This document shows, in pieces, positions 1 to 8,760 of a DNA stretch of 64,000 nucleotides. The notes under the pieces are model-generated. The model was not told the DNA's origin. It saw only the letters and a list, made by a program, of their open reading frames with translations, and did not search any database. Made by a program: the position numbers and the translations under genes. The stretch is from IMG/VR virus record IMGVR_UViG_3300045988_106448; one strand, given 5' to 3'. The stretch comes from a virus. Within the stretch, counting starts at the first letter, position 1. Each line of letters opens with the position of its first letter.

Positions 1-57
1 GCCTGTTTATTTGCGCACAGACGCCTGTTTATTTGCGCACAGACGCCTGTTTATTAA
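1..57. repeat. Tandem direct repeat, 22-bp unit 'gcctgtttatttgcgcacagac' x about 2.6 copies, truncated by the window start
   Basis: Units at 1-22 and 23-44 plus a partial copy at 45-57, read directly. Noncoding. Iteron-like. Confidence 0.85.
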
Positions 58-138
58 AATTTTTAAGTTAGTGAAGACACGGATAAAATTAGTATTAAAT
101 CACCCCAAGAAAAATTTCCTATATATAATAGGGTTATA

Positions 139-170
139 TAATAGAAGGGTAATAGAAATAATAGAAGGGT
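139..170. repeat. Short direct repeats 'taatagaagggt' x2 with an intervening degenerate copy 'aatagaaata'
   Basis: Copies at 139-150 and 159-170, read directly. Lies in the same noncoding leader as the 22-bp iterons. Confidence 0.6.
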
Positions 171-183
171 TGCGGGGCAACCC
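167..183 (+). other. Perfect 7-bp stem-loop gggttgc-ggg-gcaaccc
   Basis: Reverse-complementary arms at 167-173 and 177-183. No U-tract follows, so it is not called a terminator. Confidence 0.5.
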
Positions 184-357
184 GGTCTCGCTTTGCTCGA
201 CTTGAAATTTTAGGAGATTAATAACCTTTCCTATTAAGATTGCGTAGTAGTTACCGTTAGCCTCCTATTAGTTTTGAGATAGCCCACGGGCACGATGTAG
301 TTAAATTTGAGGCATGAATATTCTATTTTAATTCCAGAAGTTTTGATTTAGGTTTTT

Positions 358-383
358 CGAGGGGCTTCGGCTCCTCGTTTTTA
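358..383 (+). terminator. Rho-independent terminator-like hairpin followed by TTTTT
   Basis: Arms cgaggggc and gctcctcg around a ttcg tetraloop, with one mismatch, then 'ttttt' at 378-382. Sits just upstream of the first gene. Confidence 0.5.
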
Positions 384-462
384 TCAGACAAGATGTCTTC
401 CCTATTTTAGTTTTGGGAAATTTGTAATTTTACTCCCAGAAAATTAAATTTAATTTTGAATT

Positions 463-1359
463 ATGGAACAAAATAAGAAAATGTTATTGTCGGATTTCGA
501 GGAAACTGCACGTAATCACGGTTACGAGGTTTTCACTCCGGAAGAGATAGCTTCCTACACCAAAGACGGTATAGAGAAAAGTCAACGTAATGAACTGTCT
601 CCGGAAGACAAGGAAGAGTTTGCCGTTGACGTTGCTTATCTGGCGAAAGCCATTTGTGTTGACGCAGACGGCAAAGAAGTAACCCGCTATTACCGGGAGG
701 CTCAAGTTGAATGGGACGAGGGGCAATATTACATCGAGAAAGCCATGCGAACCGGACGATACGCCGATACACGGGAAAACAGACGGTTGGCACGTGTGGG
801 TATGCCGTACAAGAAGAAACCGAAGGAAGAAAAGCCCGAGGAACAAAAACAACATAAAGATTTTGAGGTAAAGGGTGATCTTTCCAAGTACAGTGAATCA
901 CAATTGCGGACGCTCGCTACCAAAGCCGAGAAGTTAGCCGATGCCGCTGAAAAGAAAGGTGATTCCACTAACGCCAAGAAGTTCCGTGCTATCATGGAAA
1001 AGGCTAAAGCCGAATTGTCGAAAAAGAAGAAAGACGACAAGGGTAATTCTGAAAAGAGCGATGACAAGGTGGAGAAGTCAATGGAGTTTACCCCGTGGGA
1101 AAACCTTATCATGAAGTCAGCTAACAAAACCGACTTTACAGAAAAGGAGCGAAAGGGGCTCGCAGAGAAAGGCGAAGCCATGCCTAATGGCAAATATCCG
1201 ATACGGAACGAACAAGACCTGCACGACGCTATTAGACTAGTTGGTGCGTCTTCTATGCCGGAGTCAGAGGTTAAGGCTTGGATTCGCAAACGTGCGAAGG
1301 CTTTAGGCTTGGAAAGCAAGTTACCAGAATCATGGTCAAAGGACGGTAAAGATGAATAG
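463..1359 (+). CDS. Hypothetical K/E-rich protein, 298 aa, carrying an 'RYADTRENRRLARVGMPY' motif
   Basis: Long ORF with an ATG start. Low-complexity charged sequence. Shares a motif with the next gene. Confidence 0.6.
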   Translation: MEQNKKMLLSDFEETARNHGYEVFTPEEIASYTKDGIEKSQRNELSPEDKEEFAVDVAYLAKAICVDADGKEVTRYYREAQVEWDEGQYYIEKAMRTGRYADTRENRRLARVGMPYKKKPKEEKPEEQKQHKDFEVKGDLSKYSESQLRTLATKAEKLADAAEKKGDSTNAKKFRAIMEKAKAELSKKKKDDKGNSEKSDDKVEKSMEFTPWENLIMKSANKTDFTEKERKGLAEKGEAMPNGKYPIRNEQDLHDAIRLVGASSMPESEVKAWIRKRAKALGLESKLPESWSKDGKDE

Positions 1360-2305
1360 CGTAATCGAGAAAGCCCGGTACGGGCGTTACGAGGATACTC
1401 CAGAGAACCGTCGGTTACACCGGGTAGGGTTGGAATACGGACACGCCGCCGCTCAACAGGAGGCGTCTCCTAATCAACCCAAAAAGGAGGAAAATCCACT
1501 TGAACGTGACGCTGCCGCTTTGGAACGTAAGATAGCCGATATCAAAAAGAATAAAAGGATATGGCTTGAATACGAGGACGGGGAATCTCGGTTTAACAAA
1601 GTTACCACTCAATTACAGAAGAAACTGGATGGCATTCGGGAACAGTTAAAGAACGGGGCTTCCGAAAAGAAAGAAGAAACCGTGAAGGAAACCGCTACCG
1701 TTAAGGAAGAGGAAACCACACGTAATGAGGAGAAGCCTGTTAAGGAGGAAGCGAAGGAAACGGCTGAAGTTACCGAAACCAAACAAGACACAGGGGGTGA
1801 GCAACAGGAAGAGTTTTCCTACCGTATTAAGTTTGACGATATGCCAAACTCCGGGCAGGTGAAATTTAAGAAATACCTTTCGAACAAGATTAGAAAGCGC
1901 ATTGATGAATCTTTTAAGAATTTGCAGGGGTTAGATGATAAAACGATTCAGCTTTTACATGATGGCATTGTCAAGGATTTTAACGAAAACTTTGATAACA
2001 TGAAGAAGTCAGAACGTGCCGAAGCCCTGTATAAAGCGATGAAAGTTAAGAACGAATTGGAGAAAAGAAATAAGACGGATAAATCAGAAAGTTTATCTGA
2101 TTCTGACAAGCAACTAAGGGATGAAATAGAAACCGGAAAGGTTGTACCTATTCGTAATAAAAGTTCACAAGGTTTTGTGTCTAAAAGAGGGGATGTCTAT
2201 AAAATGAGTTTGGCAGGTGCGCAGGGTGAAATTTCCTTCACGTACGATTCTATTAAGGAATTGATGGATACGTTGGTTCGTCATGGTTACAATAAAAAGA
2301 ATTAA
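1352..2305 (+). CDS. Hypothetical charged protein, 317 aa, carrying a paralogous 'RYEDTPENRRLHRVGLEY' motif
   Basis: ATG overlaps the upstream stop (ATGAATAG). The N-terminal motif is paralogous to residues about 107-124 of the preceding protein. Confidence 0.6.
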   Translation: MNSVIEKARYGRYEDTPENRRLHRVGLEYGHAAAQQEASPNQPKKEENPLERDAAALERKIADIKKNKRIWLEYEDGESRFNKVTTQLQKKLDGIREQLKNGASEKKEETVKETATVKEEETTRNEEKPVKEEAKETAEVTETKQDTGGEQQEEFSYRIKFDDMPNSGQVKFKKYLSNKIRKRIDESFKNLQGLDDKTIQLLHDGIVKDFNENFDNMKKSERAEALYKAMKVKNELEKRNKTDKSESLSDSDKQLRDEIETGKVVPIRNKSSQGFVSKRGDVYKMSLAGAQGEISFTYDSIKELMDTLVRHGYNKKN

Positions 2306-2316
2306 AATAAGAAATT

Positions 2317-2607
2317 ATGACATTAACAGATTTAACATTTACACAAGAAGAAGGCAGCGGTCTACACGTTTGCGAGTTCGTTGCACAAGGTCCGATGTTT
2401 TTACACGTTGAACGTGTGCAAGAGGCTGAATTTGTTTGTTATCAGTCATTGACTGGAACGGGGTGGGTTCCTTTCTTGACGTTACCGAAAACGGTAAATA
2501 ACCAGAAGAACTTGGACTTTCAGGTTCCTAACACTCCGAGTGGAATGCACATTCGGATAACGAGCGTTTCAGAAGTATTGGTAGCTAAAGTGGGATACGA
2601 ATCATGA
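2317..2607 (+). CDS. Hypothetical protein, 96 aa
   Basis: ORF with ATG start, + strand, tight spacing with neighbours. Confidence 0.45.
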   Translation: MTLTDLTFTQEEGSGLHVCEFVAQGPMFLHVERVQEAEFVCYQSLTGTGWVPFLTLPKTVNNQKNLDFQVPNTPSGMHIRITSVSEVLVAKVGYES

Positions 2608-2801
2608 TAGAATTTCCTCTCATCCAGTATGGCATCAAGAATGTCAAATTGAATATCGGGTTCATACAGACCACGAATATTGATGGTTACGTGTCCCACG
2701 GCGGAGGCGGTAGCACCGAGCAGGCATTGCTTCTGGAGAGTGGTGAGGAAGTATTGTTAGAGAACGGTTCGCCGATTTTACTTGAAATTCAAAACAAATA
2801 A
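2604..2801 (+). CDS. Hypothetical protein, 65 aa, with a Gly-rich patch
   Basis: ATG overlaps the upstream stop (ATGA). Small ORF. Confidence 0.4.
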   Translation: MIEFPLIQYGIKNVKLNIGFIQTTNIDGYVSHGGGGSTEQALLLESGEEVLLENGSPILLEIQNK

Positions 2802-2806
2802 AGAAA

Positions 2807-4537
2807 ATGACAGGAAAGAAAATATCAGAGCTACAGGCTCTAACGGAATTAACCGGGACAGAGATTATCCCAGTGGCCAAGGACGGTCAGAATTACGGGG
2901 TGGAAACGCTTGCCTTGCTGGGAATAAGCGTTTATGATATCCCAGAGCCCCTTGACGACAATTATATATACACGCCCGAACAACTAGCTGAAATAAAAAA
3001 GAGCATCGAGGATGGTAAAATAATTCGATTCGGTGGTTGGTCAATGCCCACTGTTTATTTTTTAGAAGATGATGGTGAGATGGTTTTTGACATTGACAAT
3101 GGTGATTGGAGTAGGGTAATATTCACGATAAAGGCTAACGGGGAGTGGGAAATTAACCCACCGGTTGATTTTTTCAATTATGTCGTGGAAATGCCCAACA
3201 TAGTAGAAGGCGAAGAACTAACGGGCACGCTTCCGGCAGAGACTTTCGGCGATCTTTTAGAAAGGTTAAAAAGATCGGGTAATGTCATGTTTAGATACCC
3301 GCAGGCAGGTGGTTCACACCCGGTAAATCAATATGATATTGGAATTTCGTTCAGCTATTCCCAAACGAACGCCACGATCATTCACGCTAAAGGCACGAGG
3401 GAGTTTTCTATTATTCCGAGCGGGAATTACACGGATAGACCAGTTGTCTCGAAGCAATATCAATTGATTACCACTCGGTTGAATGATTATATCACTGACG
3501 TGAGTAACTTGTTTGGAAAGCTGGCAGTAAGAAGTGATAAATTCACGGATGAGAAAAATACTCAAGGTAATGGTTATTTTAATTCGAATGGAATTTTAGT
3601 ACAAGTATCTGGTGCTGGATTTATATATCAGAAATTAGAAATTGATTCGTCTAAAATTTATCGTATTAGACAAATGGTCGGAAATTACCCAATAGTTTCT
3701 GCGCTAGTATTATTTGATGAACATGATGAAATAATTAGTACCGTACCTTACAACTATCCATCGGCAAGTTCTGATAAATATTTCGTGTTTGCTGGGGTAC
3801 ATAGTATCGGTATTTCTTTTGTTGGAGTAGATAATAATTCCCGGTTAGAATCCTTCGATATTCAGGACCTCACCACCGTTCTCAACACCCAGCAAGGAAA
3901 CCGTGCCTTGTACGTTGCCGCCGGGGCTGTTTATAATCAAAATACAGGCTTCTACGAGCTAAACGGGCTAACGGATATAACGGAGGAGGAGATGAAGGTG
4001 ATTTATGTTCAAACAAATCACATGGACTATATTGAAAATATGAACGATGTCTTTTCAGGCCTTAATTTTAGAACAAATTTAGGGTTTAAACATCTAAGGA
4101 GAACAAATAACCGGATTTTTAATTTAAAAAATGCTTTTAGGGAAAATGTAAATTTGGAAGTATTAAAATTGGGTAATAGTACCAATGATATTTGGGTGAT
4201 GAAATGCTCGGATATGCAAGATTTTGTTACTCATTGTAGGAACCTTAAAAAAATAATAGGATATATAGAATGTCCTGTTGCTGTTAATTTTTTAAGTACT
4301 CCTTTATTAGAAGAAATAAGATTTAAAAATATAGTAAGAAATTTTGGTATCAAGGATTCCCCTCTCATCAGCCTCGAATCATTGCAATACCTGATCACTA
4401 ACGCCGCCAACACCTCCCCGATCACGGTTACAGTTCACGCTGATGTGTACGCCAAGATTCAAGATGAAACGCAAACCGAGTGGCACGCCCTGATAGCGTC
4501 AGCTCAAGAGAAGAACATAACATTCGCAACCGCTTAA
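2807..4537 (+). CDS. Hypothetical large protein, 576 aa, possibly a structural or fibre protein
   Basis: Long ORF with ATG start. No recognisable catalytic motif. Confidence 0.6.
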   Translation: MTGKKISELQALTELTGTEIIPVAKDGQNYGVETLALLGISVYDIPEPLDDNYIYTPEQLAEIKKSIEDGKIIRFGGWSMPTVYFLEDDGEMVFDIDNGDWSRVIFTIKANGEWEINPPVDFFNYVVEMPNIVEGEELTGTLPAETFGDLLERLKRSGNVMFRYPQAGGSHPVNQYDIGISFSYSQTNATIIHAKGTREFSIIPSGNYTDRPVVSKQYQLITTRLNDYITDVSNLFGKLAVRSDKFTDEKNTQGNGYFNSNGILVQVSGAGFIYQKLEIDSSKIYRIRQMVGNYPIVSALVLFDEHDEIISTVPYNYPSASSDKYFVFAGVHSIGISFVGVDNNSRLESFDIQDLTTVLNTQQGNRALYVAAGAVYNQNTGFYELNGLTDITEEEMKVIYVQTNHMDYIENMNDVFSGLNFRTNLGFKHLRRTNNRIFNLKNAFRENVNLEVLKLGNSTNDIWVMKCSDMQDFVTHCRNLKKIIGYIECPVAVNFLSTPLLEEIRFKNIVRNFGIKDSPLISLESLQYLITNAANTSPITVTVHADVYAKIQDETQTEWHALIASAQEKNITFATA

Positions 4538-4548
4538 TAATAGAAATC

Positions 4549-5139
4549 ATGATACAGATACAGAATAACGAGGTTTTCTCTGATCAAAACAAGTACGTTC
4601 ACCGTTTGGGAACCGAGCAGTATTTCAGAAGGTCTTTCACTTTGAGCGGTGATACCGTCGAGAAGTTCGAGGAGGTGGATTCGATCCCGGAAATCGAGGA
4701 GAGCATTATTCCCATACAGGAACAGATGCTGAAAGTTCAGAGATTGACGGTTAAAACGATGACGACCATCGAGAACTCTGTCGCACTTGAGATACCTGAC
4801 TTCTTCCCTAATTTCGTGGATATGATAGGTGAGGCGGTGAAGAAAGGGAATATCCTTAAATACATGGGAAAATTATATCGTGTAAGGCAGGATCACACCG
4901 TTCTGGCCGTTTACACCCCAGGAATAGAAACGGCTTCCCTTTACGAGGTTATAGACAGGGAACATGATGGGACGTTATCTGACCCCATCCCTTACACGCC
5001 CCCGATGGAGATATTCGAGGGCAAATATTACATACAGAGTTCCGTCCTGTACAGGTGCACGAGAGATAGCGGAACAGCCCTGACTCACAACCTGTCAGAG
5101 TTGGTCCGATTGTACGTCGAGGTGGTTGAGGAGTCTTGA
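4549..5139 (+). CDS. Hypothetical protein, 196 aa from the internal ATG
   Basis: The ORF-track start at 4480 overlaps the upstream gene. The first ATG after the upstream stop is at 4549 (MIQIQNNEV...). Confidence 0.5.
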   Translation: MIQIQNNEVFSDQNKYVHRLGTEQYFRRSFTLSGDTVEKFEEVDSIPEIEESIIPIQEQMLKVQRLTVKTMTTIENSVALEIPDFFPNFVDMIGEAVKKGNILKYMGKLYRVRQDHTVLAVYTPGIETASLYEVIDREHDGTLSDPIPYTPPMEIFEGKYYIQSSVLYRCTRDSGTALTHNLSELVRLYVEVVEES

Positions 5140-5167
5140 TGACCTGTTTCCAGTGGATTGGTTAATT

Positions 5168-5180
5168 TTGTATATTTGTA
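5168..5180 (+). promoter_or_regulatory. Bacteroidota-type promoter -7 element, 'ttgTATATTTGt'
   Basis: Matches the TAnnTTTG consensus of Bacteroides sigma-A promoters. Sits 40 nt upstream of the 5218 ATG. The same 12-mer recurs at 17177 and 49183. Confidence 0.4.
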
Positions 5181-5217
5181 GCGCAAAGTTCTGAATAAGA
5201 AAATAAAATTAAAAAGT

Positions 5218-5901
5218 ATGAAGAAATATGTTTTTTCCAGATTGGATGAACGGGTAACAGTTGAAACTGATGGTTTAGGAACTATCAATAATTTCATGAT
5301 TACCGGGTTAATCGGTGACAACTATGGTAACATGGTTCACGATGGATTTAGTTTTGGCATGGGGCAATCTGTCACCATTGCTGAAATGTTGAACATGGCT
5401 AAGACGATCAAGGCTCGTGTTGACTGTTACGAGGGTAACACGTTGATTATTGACGAATCCGCAGATTTTACTGATGGAGAACCCGCATTAGCCGGAGTTG
5501 TGAATGGCTTAGATTTGAAGGTTATCTATGATGAGAAAACTTTCAAGGCTTATATGCCCGCTAGCTATCAAGAACAATACCCGTGGGATGAAAATACGGC
5601 AGCTACCTTCCCGTGGTTGATCGCTACATTTGACCGCACGGGTGGCAAAGACGCCACGATGGACATCACGTTGATGGCTAACGACAATCAATTGTCATTT
5701 ACCGACATTGAAGCATCGGTAGGTACCGTGAGTGAAGATGGCAAAACTTTGACCACTTCCGCTCAGCATTTTGTTTCATTTGAAATTATCAATGAATTGA
5801 ACGTTACCACTCCGGCTGATGTAACGTGGTTCAAAATTAGAGCGTTGTACAGCGGTCGGGCATACGACGCAGCCGTTTATGTGACACCTACAACAATTTA
5901 A
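5218..5901 (+). CDS. Hypothetical protein, 227 aa
   Basis: ORF with ATG start, preceded by a promoter-like motif. Confidence 0.55.
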   Translation: MKKYVFSRLDERVTVETDGLGTINNFMITGLIGDNYGNMVHDGFSFGMGQSVTIAEMLNMAKTIKARVDCYEGNTLIIDESADFTDGEPALAGVVNGLDLKVIYDEKTFKAYMPASYQEQYPWDENTAATFPWLIATFDRTGGKDATMDITLMANDNQLSFTDIEASVGTVSEDGKTLTTSAQHFVSFEIINELNVTTPADVTWFKIRALYSGRAYDAAVYVTPTTI

Positions 5902-5907
5902 TAGGAT

Positions 5908-7647
5908 ATGAGTAGGAAGAAACGACGCATATTAAATCATCAGAATATGGGGGCGCAGAATGCTCCCATACCTGATTTTGATGGGTTGTCTCTTCAAGAA
6001 CTCCAACTGATGGCACAGGCGGCTCCGATGGCGTTGCAAAACAGGTTACAAAAGGCACTCAGTTCGGAGTCATTTGAAGAGGTAATCAAGGCACAGGCAT
6101 TTATTTCTCAACAACAGAAATATGGACGCCGTTTGGCTACCCCCGAAATAAAATCAATCCAATGGAATCCTTCCGAAATTGGTTTTAACGGGAAAGGCTA
6201 CCGAGACCCGAACAACGGTGTTACTTTTAACACCCTGAACCGGATGTCGGAAATTTACATTATTAAGGCGGTTATCAACACCCGTATTGAACAGGTTCAG
6301 AATTTCCTAAAGTATAGCAATGATGATCAGAAACCGGGCTTTAAAATTCGTTACAAGCAAAGCCCCGGTGCGCTCGGCAACGCTGAAAATAAGAAGGAGA
6401 TTTCGAAGGAGGATATGCAGAAGGTGGAGTACATTGTGAAATTTTTGGAAGATGGAGGGGAAAATGAGAAATGGGAAACAGAAGATAACTTCCAAGAGTT
6501 TACCCGTAAAGTGCTTAGAGACTCTCTAGCCCTCGACCAATTAACTTTCGAGGTTGTGCGTAGCCGTAACCTTAACGTTAAGAAGTTCCGGGCTGTAGAC
6601 GCCGCTATGATTCGTCAATTGGACACCAACGACCCCCGGTATATGCAAATGTTCGAGCAATTCCGTTGGCACGGGTATTTGCCCCGATACGCTATGGTAT
6701 GGGATGGACAAATCATACGCCACCCGGTTACGGGCGAGTACGTGGCTTTTTACCCGTGGGAATTGGGATATGGCATTCGCAACAAGTCAACCAACGTGTT
6801 ACGCAATGGCTATGGGTGTAGCGAATTGGAAACGCTGATAGAGATTGTGACGTGGATATTGTGGGGTATGCAGTACAACGGTAATTTCTTTAAACAGGGT
6901 AGTCAGCCGAAAGGTTTCCTAAACGTTAAGAACCAGAATATTGATCAAGGCACGCTGAGCGAGTTTCGTCAGGACTGGAAGCAGACGATGAGTACCGTGT
7001 ACAATTCACATAAGATTCCGGTTATACAGGGGATTGATTTGCAGTGGATAGACTTGCAACAGACAAATAGAGATATGGAGTTTACCGAATGGATCAAGTT
7101 CCTATTTGTTATTGTGTGTGCGGTGTATCGTATGGATCCTAGCGAGTTAGGTTTTCAGTTCCAAGATCAAGCCCGCATTTTTGGGGAAAGAGGTCAGCGT
7201 GAACGTTTGGATCACTCTAAACAAAAAGGCTTAACCCCTCTAATGGTGTTTTATCAAAATATTCTGAATAAGTATATTATCAGTGAAATTGATGAAAGAC
7301 TGGAGTTGGTGTTCACGGGTATTGAAATTGAGGACGAGAACGCACAGGTTGAATTGGATAAGAAGAAACTCGAAGCGGGTATGGTGTCTATGGAAGATAT
7401 GTTTGAAAAATACTCGGGACGGGCGTTTGATCCAGATATGGACACCATTCTTAACCCGGTGTACCAACAAGCCCAACAGGCTAAAATGATGGGTGGCGAT
7501 TATATGAATGAAGTAGCCGAGAACCCTGATTCTGGTAAACCTGATGATCCAGAAATTGAGGAGTTATTGAATAAATCTCAGGCAGGCAACCCGATTTTCG
7601 GTGCAGCCATGGAATTCATTACTAACCAATTAGGAAAGAAAGCGTAA
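5908..7647 (+). CDS. Putative portal protein, 579 aa
   Basis: Size is typical of portals. Sits immediately upstream of a Mu-F-like minor head protein, the protease, the scaffold and the MCP. Assigned by position and size; no motif check was possible. Confidence 0.45.
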   Translation: MSRKKRRILNHQNMGAQNAPIPDFDGLSLQELQLMAQAAPMALQNRLQKALSSESFEEVIKAQAFISQQQKYGRRLATPEIKSIQWNPSEIGFNGKGYRDPNNGVTFNTLNRMSEIYIIKAVINTRIEQVQNFLKYSNDDQKPGFKIRYKQSPGALGNAENKKEISKEDMQKVEYIVKFLEDGGENEKWETEDNFQEFTRKVLRDSLALDQLTFEVVRSRNLNVKKFRAVDAAMIRQLDTNDPRYMQMFEQFRWHGYLPRYAMVWDGQIIRHPVTGEYVAFYPWELGYGIRNKSTNVLRNGYGCSELETLIEIVTWILWGMQYNGNFFKQGSQPKGFLNVKNQNIDQGTLSEFRQDWKQTMSTVYNSHKIPVIQGIDLQWIDLQQTNRDMEFTEWIKFLFVIVCAVYRMDPSELGFQFQDQARIFGERGQRERLDHSKQKGLTPLMVFYQNILNKYIISEIDERLELVFTGIEIEDENAQVELDKKKLEAGMVSMEDMFEKYSGRAFDPDMDTILNPVYQQAQQAKMMGGDYMNEVAENPDSGKPDDPEIEELLNKSQAGNPIFGAAMEFITNQLGKKA

Positions 7648-7648
7648 T

Positions 7649-7813
7649 ATGAAAGTTCCGAAACTCCCAAAGATTCACCACCACGTTGATCCAATGAGGT
7701 TTCCTAACGTGCAAGGGGCTTATGAGGCACAAGCCAAGAAGTCTTTCAAGGGTGGGGAATTATTTGTGAATTTGGTGAAAACGATGGTAGAAATAGTTAA
7801 AGATAAGAAATAA
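7649..7813 (+). CDS. Small hypothetical protein, 54 aa, below the ORF-track size cutoff
   Basis: ATG at 7649 one nt after the portal stop. The in-frame TAA at 7811-7813 overlaps the next ATG. Product reads MKVPKLPKIHHHVDPMRF... Confidence 0.3.
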   Translation: MKVPKLPKIHHHVDPMRFPNVQGAYEAQAKKSFKGGELFVNLVKTMVEIVKDKK

Positions 7814-8760
7814 TGTTATTCACGGCGCAGGACATACAAAAGATTCTTACCGACGTAGATTTTGCGGTGGCTAAGATGGTAGCAGAAACGTTAGGCAAAG
7901 ATTACCTTTCTGCTTATGATATCGCCGTGCTGAAACGTAAAGGGGTGGATTTGCTAAAACTTATTCCTAAGTTTCCTACACATTATCAATCTTTTCTTTT
8001 TGGTCGTGTTTCAGCCGCTCTAGGAGCGACTGCCGCCGCCAAAATAACTTACCCGGAGTTCGTGGCGTTTATGTCTAAGATGGGCGGTTTGACCCCTTCT
8101 TCGTTTGATTTGGCTATGTATAAAGTAGCCGCAAACAAGACGTACACGCATATAAAGAATTTGGGGGAGAGAATTAAAAATGACGTGGGGGCTTCAGTGG
8201 CTTCGGAACAGCTTGTTTTCGTGCAAGCCCAAGAGAGGGCTAAAACGGAAGAGGCAATTCACGATGAGATTCTTGATGGGGTTGTTGAGCAACGTTCCGT
8301 TAAGAAGATCACCGCCAATATAGCTAATCAGATGGAGAATTGGGGGAGAGATTGGGGTAGAATAGTGGAAACTGAACATCAGGATGTGTTTAACGTGGGT
8401 CGAGCCACGTATTTCATGTCAGAAGATGATGATCCTTTGGTTTACTTTGACGTGTTTCCGGGAGCGTGCAAGCATTGTATTAGATTGTTCCTAACGGCAG
8501 GTATTGGAAGCAAACCAAAAGTTTTTAAACTTTCTACCTTGTTAGCCAACGGGACAAATTACGGGGTGAAGGCGCAAAACTGGAAAGCAACGATTCACCC
8601 CGTGCATCCCTTTTGTAGATGTGATTTGCGTTACGTGCCAAAGGGGTATGTATGGGATGATAAGAAAGGGGAATTCGTTCCACCTGAAAATTTCGAAAGA
8701 ACTGTACCTCGAAAGAGTAAGGTTAAGATAACTATCGGTGAAAAAGAATATTTAGTATAA
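7813..8760 (+). CDS. Minor head protein, Phage_Mu_F / SPP1 gp7-like head morphogenesis protein
   Basis: C-terminal 'HPVHPFCRCDL' matches the H-x-x-C-R-C signature of the Mu F family. Position directly after the portal is typical. Confidence 0.55.
   Translation: MLFTAQDIQKILTDVDFAVAKMVAETLGKDYLSAYDIAVLKRKGVDLLKLIPKFPTHYQSFLFGRVSAALGATAAAKITYPEFVAFMSKMGGLTPSSFDLAMYKVAANKTYTHIKNLGERIKNDVGASVASEQLVFVQAQERAKTEEAIHDEILDGVVEQRSVKKITANIANQMENWGRDWGRIVETEHQDVFNVGRATYFMSEDDDPLVYFDVFPGACKHCIRLFLTAGIGSKPKVFKLSTLLANGTNYGVKAQNWKATIHPVHPFCRCDLRYVPKGYVWDDKKGEFVPPENFERTVPRKSKVKITIGEKEYLV

Noticed and set aside
1-57. CRISPR array interpretation of the 22-bp tandem repeats
   Set aside because: The repeats are directly abutting with no spacers, so they are iterons or a tandem satellite and not a CRISPR.
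729-1319. Minus-strand ORFs lying wholly inside + strand genes (for example 729-1319, 10896-11225, 11300-11566, 13366-13755, 13572-13928, 19114-19449, 59082-59420, 60195-60563)
   Set aside because: All are antisense shadows of convincing + strand genes with motif support. The phage shows a uniform + strand, tightly packed, overlapping-stop/start architecture. None carries a recognisable motif. The low-complexity coding regions (K/E- or T/S-rich) naturally yield long antisense ORFs.
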